From: a candidate division WOR-3 bacterium
GTDB taxonomy: Bacteria; Hydrothermota; Tepidihabitantia; Tepidihabitantales; JAOUPE01
DNA: 56,357 bases
NCBI GenBank assembly: GCA_039801565.1
Contig: JBDRUX010000003.1
Span: 1-56,357 of the forward strand
Direction: 5' to 3'
The position numbers and the translations under genes were made by a program. Under the pieces are notes generated by a model. It was not told the DNA's origin, made no database searches, and saw only the letters and a list, made by a program, of their open reading frames with translations. This document shows, one piece after another, positions 17,342-25,577 of this stretch; the stretch's first letter is position 1; each line of letters starts with the position of its first letter.

Positions 17342-19963
17342 ATGTACCAAAAAATTATGTATTTACTTACACTGTTATTAAGTGTAAGTATCTTAACTGC
17401 CAATCCAGATGGCCCAACCGACTTAGCACCAAGTGCAACAATGGCACATCAGCAATACCTTGCGCCAACTCCGATTGGAACCGATTCGATTCCTTGGGTA
17501 ACCAAAACACCATCCCCGCCACCTGGACGATATTGGTGTCCAGCCGTGGCAGTCTGGCGGGATACCATTTATCTATTTGGTGGTAGGGGCAATGGCAGTT
17601 ATGCCAATTCACTCCGCTCAGTCTATGCTTATGTTCCAGCCACTAACAGTTGGGTAACTACTCTACCAAGTTTGCTTATTACCAGACGCGCTGGTGCTGG
17701 TGGTCAAATTGGCAATAAAGTTTATCTTTGCGGTGGGAGGGACTCGACTCATACAACCCTTAGTAGTTGTGAAGAATACGACCTTGATACGAAAACTTCA
17801 ACTTATAAAGCAAGTTTGCCGGGTGGTCGTTGGTCTTGTTCCGGTGTTGGATTAAATGGTAAGATATATATCTTTGGTAGCGAAAGTTATTCGGACGCAT
17901 TGTTAGAATATAATCCGGCAACTAATAGTTGGCGGTCAATAACTCCTTCACCAAGACCCACTGGACGCGGTTGGACTGCGCTTGCTGCAGCAGGCGGAAA
18001 GCTCTATCTGTGTGGCGGTAGTAGTTCGACAGGTGTCCTAAACGACTGTTGGATGTTCGACCCAGCAACCGAAACTTGGACACAAAAAGCGAATATGCCC
18101 GGCCCGCGACTTTATCATTCAGCAATTGGCTTTGGCGACGACAATATCTATGTTATCGGTGGTTCGATAGAGGGTACTACCCCAGCTGACAACCTTGTTT
18201 ATAAGTACACGATTTCAACCAATACTTGGGTGATTGAAACGCCACTTCCGACTGCGCGCGGTTGGGAGATGTTAGCAATTCATGAGGGCACAATTTATGC
18301 AATGTGTGGTTCAAACTGCACAACCCCAACCTATCTGACGGTAAATGAAGCAGGTGAAATTGAAGTACCTCGAGACCATGATGTCGGTGTTCGAAGCATT
18401 GTTAGCCCAACGGGAAGAATTCCATCAGGCAATCCAATTAATGTTGAAGCGGTTATAAAGAACTTTGGCCTTAATGAAGAAACTTTTCCTGCAACCGCTT
18501 TGATTACGACTCAGACTGACGATACCGTGTTTGCTAAAGAAACAACTTTGACCATTCCTGCCCGAACCGAACAATCCGTGGTGTTTGGCGAGTGGACACC
18601 TGACCCAGATATGATTTACGATGTTGTTTTCTACACCGCATTAGTGGGTGATGAAAATCCAGCCAATGATACGATGACTGAAGAAGCTCGGACTACTCCA
18701 GACGCTGGAGTTTCAAGAATTATTGCCCCAACTGGTCGGATTATCCCAGGAACTACCGTTAATGCTACCGCAATGGTTAAAAACTTCTCGGCTGAACCAA
18801 AAGATGTGCCAGCAACGATGACGATTGTTGATACCGTGACCGGTAATACCATTTTGGATATTGATACTACACTGGCAATGGGCGCTGGGGAATCGTTATC
18901 AGTTGTGTTTGGCCAATTCACTGCCATAACCGGTAGTGTGTACAAGACTACCTGTTATACAAGTTTGATTGGCGATGACGACCCATCCAACGACACTGCT
19001 TATGCGACCGCGATTTGCCGTTTAGGCAGTGCACCGGATGCATTTGGTTATTATTACGAATCAACCCAAGAACCAGGTGATACCGTTACATTCTCCTGGA
19101 TTGACCCAACTGGTGGCACAGTCCTTTCTGGTTGGTCGCCCAGCGCCGACGATGGCTATGTGACTCGTACTCTACCCTTTGGCTTTAAATTCTACTCACC
19201 AGCCAGTAGCCCACCAAACATCACTCAGATTAATGTCTGCACCAATGGTTTCCTTGAAACATCAACCGCCACTACTTACACAAATACCGCTTTACCCAAT
19301 AACACAATTCAGAATTTCATCGGACCTTTCTGGGATGATTTGAATATAACCAGTCCAGGTCAAGTGATTGAAAAAACCGACGGACAATCGTATGTCGCTT
19401 ATTCTTGGGTTAATGTCCCTCGTTTTGGAACTACTGAACTTCAGACCTTCCAGGTTGTGCTTTATCGGAACAACAAGATAAGGTTTAACTACTTGGATGT
19501 GAATGGCACACTCAATTCCAATACGATTGGTATCCAAGGTGGCTATGGTGCCAATGGCTGGTATCTACAGTATGTATATAATGGCGACCCGTCAAATCAT
19601 ATCGTTGCTGATAATGTCACAATTGCCTTCACTTGTGATAGTCTAATCGGCATCGCTGAGGCAACAAAGAATACCATTCCAGCCACTACGGCGCTTCATC
19701 CAGTCCGACCCAATCCAGTAGCAAGAGGTAATGCTCAAATTTCCTTCACCTTAGCGAAAAAGGGTGATGTTACGATTAATATCTACGATGCGACCGGCAG
19801 ACTGGTTCGGAATTTAACCAAGGCTTCTTATGAAGCTGGGGATTACACCCTAATTTGGGACGGCAAAAATGATAATGGTGATGAGGTGATGTCCGGAATT
19901 TACTTCTATACGATTGAGACGACAAACTACAAATCAACCCGAAAATTAGTGTTGATGCGCTAA
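17342..19963 (+). CDS. Kelch-repeat secreted protein with CARDB-like repeats, a NIDO-like FWDD domain and a T9SS C-terminal sorting domain
   Basis: Kelch blades are present (IYLFGGRG, VYLCGGRD, IYIFGSE, LYLCGGSS, IYVIGGS, IYAMCGS). Other marks are DVGV...NFG repeats, GPFWDDLN, and the C-terminus RPNPVARGNAQISF...INIYDATGRLV...GIYFYTIE. AAGGAGG RBS. Confidence 0.8.
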   Translation: MYQKIMYLLTLLLSVSILTANPDGPTDLAPSATMAHQQYLAPTPIGTDSIPWVTKTPSPPPGRYWCPAVAVWRDTIYLFGGRGNGSYANSLRSVYAYVPATNSWVTTLPSLLITRRAGAGGQIGNKVYLCGGRDSTHTTLSSCEEYDLDTKTSTYKASLPGGRWSCSGVGLNGKIYIFGSESYSDALLEYNPATNSWRSITPSPRPTGRGWTALAAAGGKLYLCGGSSSTGVLNDCWMFDPATETWTQKANMPGPRLYHSAIGFGDDNIYVIGGSIEGTTPADNLVYKYTISTNTWVIETPLPTARGWEMLAIHEGTIYAMCGSNCTTPTYLTVNEAGEIEVPRDHDVGVRSIVSPTGRIPSGNPINVEAVIKNFGLNEETFPATALITTQTDDTVFAKETTLTIPARTEQSVVFGEWTPDPDMIYDVVFYTALVGDENPANDTMTEEARTTPDAGVSRIIAPTGRIIPGTTVNATAMVKNFSAEPKDVPATMTIVDTVTGNTILDIDTTLAMGAGESLSVVFGQFTAITGSVYKTTCYTSLIGDDDPSNDTAYATAICRLGSAPDAFGYYYESTQEPGDTVTFSWIDPTGGTVLSGWSPSADDGYVTRTLPFGFKFYSPASSPPNITQINVCTNGFLETSTATTYTNTALPNNTIQNFIGPFWDDLNITSPGQVIEKTDGQSYVAYSWVNVPRFGTTELQTFQVVLYRNNKIRFNYLDVNGTLNSNTIGIQGGYGANGWYLQYVYNGDPSNHIVADNVTIAFTCDSLIGIAEATKNTIPATTALHPVRPNPVARGNAQISFTLAKKGDVTINIYDATGRLVRNLTKASYEAGDYTLIWDGKNDNGDEVMSGIYFYTIETTNYKSTRKLVLMR

Positions 19964-19980
19964 CGAAATAATTAATTAAT

Positions 19981-20018
19981 AAGGGGTTCGGATTCGTTAC
20001 CGGAAGTCCGAACCCCTT
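19981..20018 (+). terminator. Stem-loop (12-bp perfect stem, 14-nt loop) downstream of the Kelch gene
   Basis: aaggggttcgga (19981-19992) pairs with tccgaacccctt (20007-20018). It lies 18 nt after the stop. The trailing T-tract is weak. Confidence 0.5.
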
Positions 20019-20029
20019 ATAAGTTATAA

Positions 20030-20878
20030 ATGATTAGTCCCCAAAAACTTTGGAACAAATCAGCCGAAGCCTGGGTAGATTTTGTGCGCACCGGAAAAGA
20101 TTGGGCAAGGAATGAACTGAATAATCCGGCAATGTTTGCAATTTTAGGTAACATTAAAGGCAAAAAGGTCTTGGATTTGGCTTGCGGCGAAGGGTATAAC
20201 ACAAGAATCCTTGCCCGCAAAGGAGCAAAAGTTATCGGAATCGACTTCGCCCAAAAACTGATTGACTATGCCAAAGAGCAAGAAGCAAAGGATAAATTGG
20301 GTATAAATTATTATGTTTGTGATGCCAGCAATTTGGCGATATTCAAAAATAATACATTTGATATTGTGACTTGTTTTATGGCTTTACAGGATATCGAAAA
20401 TTATCAAAAGGCGATTAAAGAAGTATTTAGGGTTCTGAAGAAAAATGGGCGATTCGTTTTTGTCATATCCCACCCCTGTTTTGAAGCAAGAATAATCAGC
20501 GGTAAACGGATTGGCGGCTGGGTATATCGGCAAAGAACTGAAAATAAAGAGACCGCACTGAATTTAAAATTAGCTAAGACTCCGCTCTATTATGCGATTG
20601 ACCGCTATTTCGACACCGCAAGCGACATCATCCATTGGAATATGGAAAGGTTGAACAAACATTTCAAGACTTTATCTTTTCATCGCACCTTGACCGACTA
20701 TGCGACTGCGCTCTACCGAGCTGGTTTCTTGATTGCACGCCTAATTGAGCCAAAACCGACAAAAAGGGGACTAAAAAAACATCCATTATATTTTAAAGAA
20801 AACCTAAGAATTCCTCAATCAATTGTTATCGAGGCATTGAAACAAAGAGCAAAAGATAAGGAGGTTTGTAATGAGTAA
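20030..20878 (+). CDS. Class I SAM-dependent methyltransferase
   Basis: Motif I VLDLACGEGYNTRILARKGAKVIGIDF and post-I/II segments. Confidence 0.8.
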   Translation: MISPQKLWNKSAEAWVDFVRTGKDWARNELNNPAMFAILGNIKGKKVLDLACGEGYNTRILARKGAKVIGIDFAQKLIDYAKEQEAKDKLGINYYVCDASNLAIFKNNTFDIVTCFMALQDIENYQKAIKEVFRVLKKNGRFVFVISHPCFEARIISGKRIGGWVYRQRTENKETALNLKLAKTPLYYAIDRYFDTASDIIHWNMERLNKHFKTLSFHRTLTDYATALYRAGFLIARLIEPKPTKRGLKKHPLYFKENLRIPQSIVIEALKQRAKDKEVCNE

Positions 20879-20945
20879 TCTTAAAAAAGAAGGATTATCA
20901 AACCGTATTTTTAGCCACCGCTAACCGAGTCCATAAATTCAAGTT

Positions 20946-21701
20946 ATGATTAAAAAACTATTCGTCCCCATTGCTACGTTTTCAGTTGCCTTTGAGACCA
21001 ACGGCAAAGGGTTCTTAGGATTTATTGTCGAACTGCCTGGTGCCTTTATCCGAGGTAAAACCGAAGCCGAGGCACTGGCTAAAGTAAATCAAGAAGTGAA
21101 ATCATATCTCAAATGGTTGAAAATCAAACAAGACTTTACTTATAAGACAAATGTTGTCCAATACCATCAAAGTCAATTGATGGTCGAAGATGCCGACAGT
21201 GCGATTTTACTCAATGCCGATAAGGGAGAAATGGAAGAAGAAGAATTTGTTAATCTTAGCGAGCTGGTTCGCTATTCGGGCAAGACAATCTTAAAGATTT
21301 ACCACAGTGCTGAATTAAAGGATTGGGTGGATGGGGCAAGGATTAGAAAGACCTTTTACGGCGATAACTTCACGACCATTGAGGGAATATTCGGTCATAT
21401 TAAACGGTGCCAATACTATTATCTCTCCCGAACCAAAATCCCATTTGAACCAAAAGAAGAGGACTTTATGAAAATTCGGGAATTTTGTTTAACTAAAATC
21501 AAAGAACTTTATCAAAAAGAGAATAACTTCTTAATCTTTAATACCGATAATGAATTATGGACGCTTAAGAAAATATTGCGTCGGTTCATCTGGCATGATA
21601 GAATTCACGGCAAGGCGATAATTCGGATTTTAGCTAAGCAAAAGGAATTAGGGCTAATTGATAGATACGAAGACCCTTTTTATTTTACCCAACCGCAATG
21701 A
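20946..21701 (+). CDS. Hypothetical protein with a HicB/UPF0150-like N-terminus and a DinB-like C-terminus
   Basis: FIVELPGAFIRGKTEAEALAKVNQEVKSYLKW resembles the HicB-type fold. The C-terminal WHDRIHGKAI resembles the DinB His motif. Both are by-eye similarities only. Confidence 0.4.
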   Translation: MIKKLFVPIATFSVAFETNGKGFLGFIVELPGAFIRGKTEAEALAKVNQEVKSYLKWLKIKQDFTYKTNVVQYHQSQLMVEDADSAILLNADKGEMEEEEFVNLSELVRYSGKTILKIYHSAELKDWVDGARIRKTFYGDNFTTIEGIFGHIKRCQYYYLSRTKIPFEPKEEDFMKIREFCLTKIKELYQKENNFLIFNTDNELWTLKKILRRFIWHDRIHGKAIIRILAKQKELGLIDRYEDPFYFTQPQ

Positions 21702-21703
21702 AC

Positions 21704-21753
21704 TTGACTTGTAGTCAAAATAGATTACAATTGTAATCAAAAACGATTACAAT
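21704..21753 (+). promoter_or_regulatory. Promoter (TTGACT-16 nt-TACAAT) overlapped by palindromic operator-like sites
   Basis: TTGACTtgtAGTCAA palindrome at 21704-21718. Perfect 16-bp palindrome GATTACAATTGTAATC at 21723-21738, overlapping the -10. A third half-site GATTACAAT at 21745-21753 abuts the ATG. Confidence 0.5.
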
Positions 21754-22326
21754 ATGGATATCTTTCAAATCTTTAAATCTAAATTGCGTCGGCACTTATT
21801 AAGTTTATATTTTACTAATCCGGCAAAAAAATTTTACCTGCGGGAATTAGAAAGGATACTCGATTTCCCGGTCGGTAATATCCGTCGGGAATTGATAAGA
21901 CTTGAAAAGACCGGACTTTTTCTAACCGAGCATAAAGGTAATCTTGTCTATTATTACTTAAACCAGACTTATCCGCTTTTTGCTGAATTAAAAGGGATAA
22001 TAGCAAAGACAATTGGTGTGCCAATAATTATTGCCTCGATGTTAAAAAAGATAAAAGGGATAAAACAGGCATTCATCTATGGCTCTTTTGCTAAAAATGA
22101 GCAGAAGCCAAAAAGCGACATTGACATCTTCATTATCGGTGAAATAGATGAAGCGGAATTGGTTAAGCGATGTTGTAAACTGGAAAAAGAACTACAAAGG
22201 GAGATTAATTATACGCTTTATAGCCCAACTGACTTTACCCGCAAGAAAAAAAAGAAAGACCCTTTTCTGCTTGAGGTCTTAAGTCAACCCAAGATATTCT
22301 TAATCGGCTCGGAAGATGAACTATAA
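21754..22326 (+). CDS. wHTH plus minimal nucleotidyltransferase (MNT-type antitoxin-like) protein
   Basis: The N-terminus is ArsR-like wHTH (FYLRELERILDFPVGNIRRELIRLEKTGL). The NTase motif is GSFAKNEQKPKSDIDIFIIG. Confidence 0.7.
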   Translation: MDIFQIFKSKLRRHLLSLYFTNPAKKFYLRELERILDFPVGNIRRELIRLEKTGLFLTEHKGNLVYYYLNQTYPLFAELKGIIAKTIGVPIIIASMLKKIKGIKQAFIYGSFAKNEQKPKSDIDIFIIGEIDEAELVKRCCKLEKELQREINYTLYSPTDFTRKKKKKDPFLLEVLSQPKIFLIGSEDEL

Positions 22327-22780
22327 AAATCTCATAATCAATTTGCTAAATAAAGGGTTAATCAAAAAGCAGACACTTGACTTCAAACAGATAAAAAACC
22401 TTTTACTGCGGGCACGAAAGGATTTGGTTGTGGCAAAAAGGAATTTGGCAATTGATGAGGAAGTTACTTATAACTATGCCTATTTAGCAATGTTGCGTTG
22501 TGGGCGTGCTTTGATGCTTTTACACGGCTATCGTCCCGATGGTGGCGGGCAACATAAAACCGTAATTGATTTTGTCGCGGTAGTGCTTGGACCAACTTTC
22601 GCTGACCTTGTCAATAAATTCGATATAATGCGGCGAAAAAGAAATCAGTTCACTTATGAACCATTTTTGCCGATATCCCGAACCGAGGCGGAAAATGCTT
22701 TAAAATCAGCTGAGGAATTTGTCACAAAATTAATTGAATTGGTCAAAAAAGAAAATCCTCAATTGGAATTGGATTTATAA
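22316..22780 (+). CDS. HEPN domain protein (partner of MNT)
   Basis: It overlaps the MNT gene by 11 nt. It is a helical protein with a HEPN-like MRRKRNQFTYE segment; the canonical Rx4-6H histidine is not evident. Confidence 0.6.
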   Translation: MNYKNLIINLLNKGLIKKQTLDFKQIKNLLLRARKDLVVAKRNLAIDEEVTYNYAYLAMLRCGRALMLLHGYRPDGGGQHKTVIDFVAVVLGPTFADLVNKFDIMRRKRNQFTYEPFLPISRTEAENALKSAEEFVTKLIELVKKENPQLELDL

Positions 22781-22894
22781 TAGAAACATATCAACCAAGA
22801 TGTGTTTTTTTTGCTAATCGGTGGTTATCGGCTTTAATCGGTGGTTAATTAATACTTTTGCTCTTACTTCCTTGTCCAAAAACAAATCCAGATA

Positions 22895-22922
22895 TTGACA
22901 GTTAAGAAATTGGGATTAAAAT
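22895..22922 (+). promoter_or_regulatory. Promoter TTGACA-16 nt-TAAAAT of the ParE-family TA operon (copy 1 of a duplicated 32-nt block)
   Basis: TTGACA at 22895-22900, TAAAAT at 22917-22922, GGAGGA RBS, then ATG 22941. Confidence 0.6.
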
Positions 22923-22940
22923 TACCTGTGGAGGAAAATT

Positions 22941-23129
22941 ATGACGATTGCTAAAAAACAAATCCTGGAACTTTTAAAAGACTTACCGGCAAAGGTAGAT
23001 ATTGATGAGATAATATATCGTCTTTACCTTCGGCAGAAACTCGAAATTGCAGAAAAGGACATTCGGAGGGGCAGATTGGTTTCGCACAAAAAAGTGGTTA
23101 AGGAAACCGCCAAATGGTTGAAAAAATAG
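22941..23129 (+). CDS. Putative antitoxin (small addiction-module component)
   Basis: 62 aa. It overlaps the ParE-like toxin gene by 16 nt. The assignment rests on position and size. Confidence 0.55.
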   Translation: MTIAKKQILELLKDLPAKVDIDEIIYRLYLRQKLEIAEKDIRRGRLVSHKKVVKETAKWLKK

Positions 23130-23419
23130 AATGGGCCGGTCGTGCCTTCAAAGACTTACAAGATATTTATGAGTTTATCGCAAAAGACTCCAAGCGGTTC
23201 GCTCAGATACAGATTGAAAATATCCAAAAAGCGGTATCAAACTTTGCCAATTTTCCACTTATGGGACGAAAACTTCCGGAATTTCCATATTTACCGTATC
23301 GAGAAATTTTAGTTGGTAATTATCGGGTCTTATTATATAGATATGACGAAAGACAAAAACGGATATATGTAATGGCTATTGTTCATGGCCGAAGGTTACT
23401 TAAAGAAACGGAACACTAA
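23114..23419 (+). CDS. RelE/ParE-family toxin
   Basis: 101 aa. IEWAGRAFKDLQDIYEFIAKDS...GNYRVLLYRYDERQKRIYVMAIVHGRR matches the ParE/RelE layout. Confidence 0.75.
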   Translation: MVEKIEWAGRAFKDLQDIYEFIAKDSKRFAQIQIENIQKAVSNFANFPLMGRKLPEFPYLPYREILVGNYRVLLYRYDERQKRIYVMAIVHGRRLLKETEH

Positions 23420-23488
23420 ATTTTTGCCCCCGAGTTAGTTTTTAGACTCTCTTTTTTAATTCAAGCTATCCAATTCCATTAAAAGATA

Positions 23489-23516
23489 TTGACAATTAAG
23501 AAATTGGGGTTAAAAT
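23489..23516 (+). promoter_or_regulatory. Second copy of the TTGACA-16 nt-TAAAAT promoter block, downstream of the TA pair
   Basis: gatattgacaattaagaaattggggttaaaat (23485-23516) compared with gatattgacagttaagaaattgggattaaaat (22891-22922). Confidence 0.5.
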
Positions 23517-23638
23517 CCAATTGTTAAGCGATAACTAAAAATAACTATGGCAAAAGAAGCGACTTATACTACAAAAGAAACAATAAAAATTCAAATAACT
23601 AATTTATTGATAAATATCGTTTATTTAATGAATTTTAC

Positions 23639-23666
23639 TTGACATTATTTAAAAAATTGCTATAAT
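23639..23666 (+). promoter_or_regulatory. Promoter P1: TTGACA-16 nt-(TGc)TATAAT
   Basis: Consensus -35 at 23639-23644. Extended -10 tgcTATAAT at 23658-23666. Lies in a stretch almost free of G/C. Confidence 0.6.
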
Positions 23667-23725
23667 TATTTAAAATATTTTTAAGATAGGATTTATTAAT
23701 AAAAATATTACTATTTAATTTATGC

Positions 23726-23753
23726 TTGACATTTTATAAATTTTTACTATAAT
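23726..23753 (+). promoter_or_regulatory. Promoter P2: TTGACA-16 nt-TATAAT, proximal promoter of the GHKL cassette
   Basis: Consensus -35 at 23726-23731 and consensus -10 at 23748-23753. AAGGAGG RBS at 23777-23783. ATG at 23788. Confidence 0.65.
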
Positions 23754-23787
23754 TAATATAAATGAATTTTTATAACAAGGAGGCATT

Positions 23788-24012
23788 ATGGTTGAAAAAG
23801 AAACTCCGGAGGAAAGGTTTAAGCGTTTAGCTACGCGTCGGACTAATGCAGTATTACAAAAGTTACGAATCTTGGGCAACTGCGCCAACCGGTATGTTTA
23901 CGAATACACCGAAGAAGATGTTAAAAAAATCTTTTCGGCGATAGAGTCAGCGCTTACCGAAATCAAGAAAAAATTCTATGTGCCAAAAGAAAATAAGTTT
24001 AAACTTGAATAA
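23788..24012 (+). CDS. Small basic helical protein; first gene of the GHKL cassette; function unknown
   Basis: Strong RBS. 74 aa with a K/R-rich N-terminus (ERFKRLATRRTNAVLQKLRILGN). No family recognised. Confidence 0.7.
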   Translation: MVEKETPEERFKRLATRRTNAVLQKLRILGNCANRYVYEYTEEDVKKIFSAIESALTEIKKKFYVPKENKFKLE

Positions 24013-24026
24013 AGAAGGAAGTAAGA

Positions 24027-25577
24027 ATGGCAGAAATTGATAAAGGCAAAACAACCCTGAGGGATGTGAGAAAATGGATAGAGCAAGCAATTATCCCTCA
24101 ATATCATTTTGAACCTCAAAAAGCTTCTTTAATCGAAATTATTGCAAATTCCCTTGACGCTCAAGCTTCGGTTATTGAGATAACAGTTAACGACGGAATT
24201 TTAGAGGTTACCGATAATGGGATAGGAATGGATAGAACCACATTTAAAGATTACCACGACCTCTTTTCTAAAAAGACACGGGGAAAAGGGATTGGTTTCA
24301 TAGGGCAAGGCGCAAAAATTGCTCTAACTTTTTGCTCGAAAGTAATAACTCAAACAGTATCAAAAAATTACAGGGGATATTCGGAATGGCAATTTAAGGG
24401 TGAAGAAGCACCCTATGAGATACAACACGGAAATATTTTGGATTTAAATCATCAAGGAACGAAAGTGACACTTCATCTACACCGGGATAGCATAGACTTT
24501 TATACTGATAAGTGGATTGAAGAAATTTTGGAAGAGCATTATACTCCTCTATTGGATAGCGAATTATTAAAAGTGTATTCTGGCGAAATTCCGATATTGG
24601 AAAAGGGGGCTTATAAACAGTTTCGCAGGATATACCCTGAAAAGGTAAAGTTTATTATAAACGGACAAGAGATAATCAAAACCTCTTTACAAGAGAGGTT
24701 AAGTAATAAGAAAGAAATATTAATTACTAAATACAAAAAACCTTTAGCTTGGGGATTTTTTGGATTATTAAAGGAAACCGAAGCGAAAGAGTCGCTGCGC
24801 GGCGTTGCTTTATGCACATACGGTAAGGTAATAGAAAGAAGTTTGTTCAAAAAAGACCCGCATGACAAAGAAAAAATAGTTGGGTGGATAGAAGCTCCGT
24901 ATTTAGTAGAAGCCGTCACAACGGACAAATGCAGGTTTCAGGGCGGAAACCCTAAATGGGAATCTTTTTTTAGGAAAACCCAGAGGGAATTCTCTCAATG
25001 GTTGGAAGAAATAGGTGCCCTTGAGCCCCCAAAAAAGCTTGAACCGGCATTCTCAGAGCTAGAAAAAGAGATTAACTCCATTCTTAAGAATTTACCCGAG
25101 CTTTCCTTTTTTGGTTCGCAAATGAATAGAGATGTATCGATTCCTAATGAAAACGGCGAACCGAAAGAACTAACTGAAGGAACTCAAAAGGTTTCAGGCA
25201 CCAAAGGGGGTGAGACTACAGGCGGAGGAGTTCCAGTTTCTCCTGGTTTTGATGAAGGTAAAGCACCTGACACCAGCCCCGGTTTTGGTCCTAAAGCAGA
25301 AGTAAAACCAAGAACTTTGCGCGGTGGAATTAGAATATCTTTTGAAGAAAAATCCGATACGGAAGAGGAGGCTCACTTTGACGGTGAAGTTGTGACTATA
25401 AATAGATCTCATCCTGCTTATAAAAGAGCCGATAAAGATAGACTTCTCAATTATCATATTTTAAAGTCTGCTGTCTTGAGTCTTATAAAGTTCAATTTGG
25501 ATAAAGCCTCTGAATCCTCTTGGCAAAAAGTTTTTGAACTTCAGCAAAAGTTTTTTAGATTATGGGGAGAGCGATGA
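24027..25577 (+). CDS. GHKL-superfamily (Bergerat fold, HATPase_c_3 / MORC-HSP90-like) ATPase
   Basis: N-box EIIANSLDA, G1 box TDNGIGMD and G2-like KGIGFIGQGAKIAL are present. A G/P/T-rich linker precedes the conserved tail VVTINRSHPAYKRA. No histidine-kinase dimerisation/H-box or receiver domain is present. Confidence 0.8.
   Translation: MAEIDKGKTTLRDVRKWIEQAIIPQYHFEPQKASLIEIIANSLDAQASVIEITVNDGILEVTDNGIGMDRTTFKDYHDLFSKKTRGKGIGFIGQGAKIALTFCSKVITQTVSKNYRGYSEWQFKGEEAPYEIQHGNILDLNHQGTKVTLHLHRDSIDFYTDKWIEEILEEHYTPLLDSELLKVYSGEIPILEKGAYKQFRRIYPEKVKFIINGQEIIKTSLQERLSNKKEILITKYKKPLAWGFFGLLKETEAKESLRGVALCTYGKVIERSLFKKDPHDKEKIVGWIEAPYLVEAVTTDKCRFQGGNPKWESFFRKTQREFSQWLEEIGALEPPKKLEPAFSELEKEINSILKNLPELSFFGSQMNRDVSIPNENGEPKELTEGTQKVSGTKGGETTGGGVPVSPGFDEGKAPDTSPGFGPKAEVKPRTLRGGIRISFEEKSDTEEEAHFDGEVVTINRSHPAYKRADKDRLLNYHILKSAVLSLIKFNLDKASESSWQKVFELQQKFFRLWGER

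Noticed and set aside
23547-23642. 31-codon ORF (MAKEATYTTKETIKIQITNLLINIVYLMNFT) behind the duplicated promoter
   Set aside because: It has no SD and lies in extremely AT-rich DNA where ORFs arise by chance. Its stop overlaps the -35 of P1. It is kept only as a possibility within the promoter-duplication finding.
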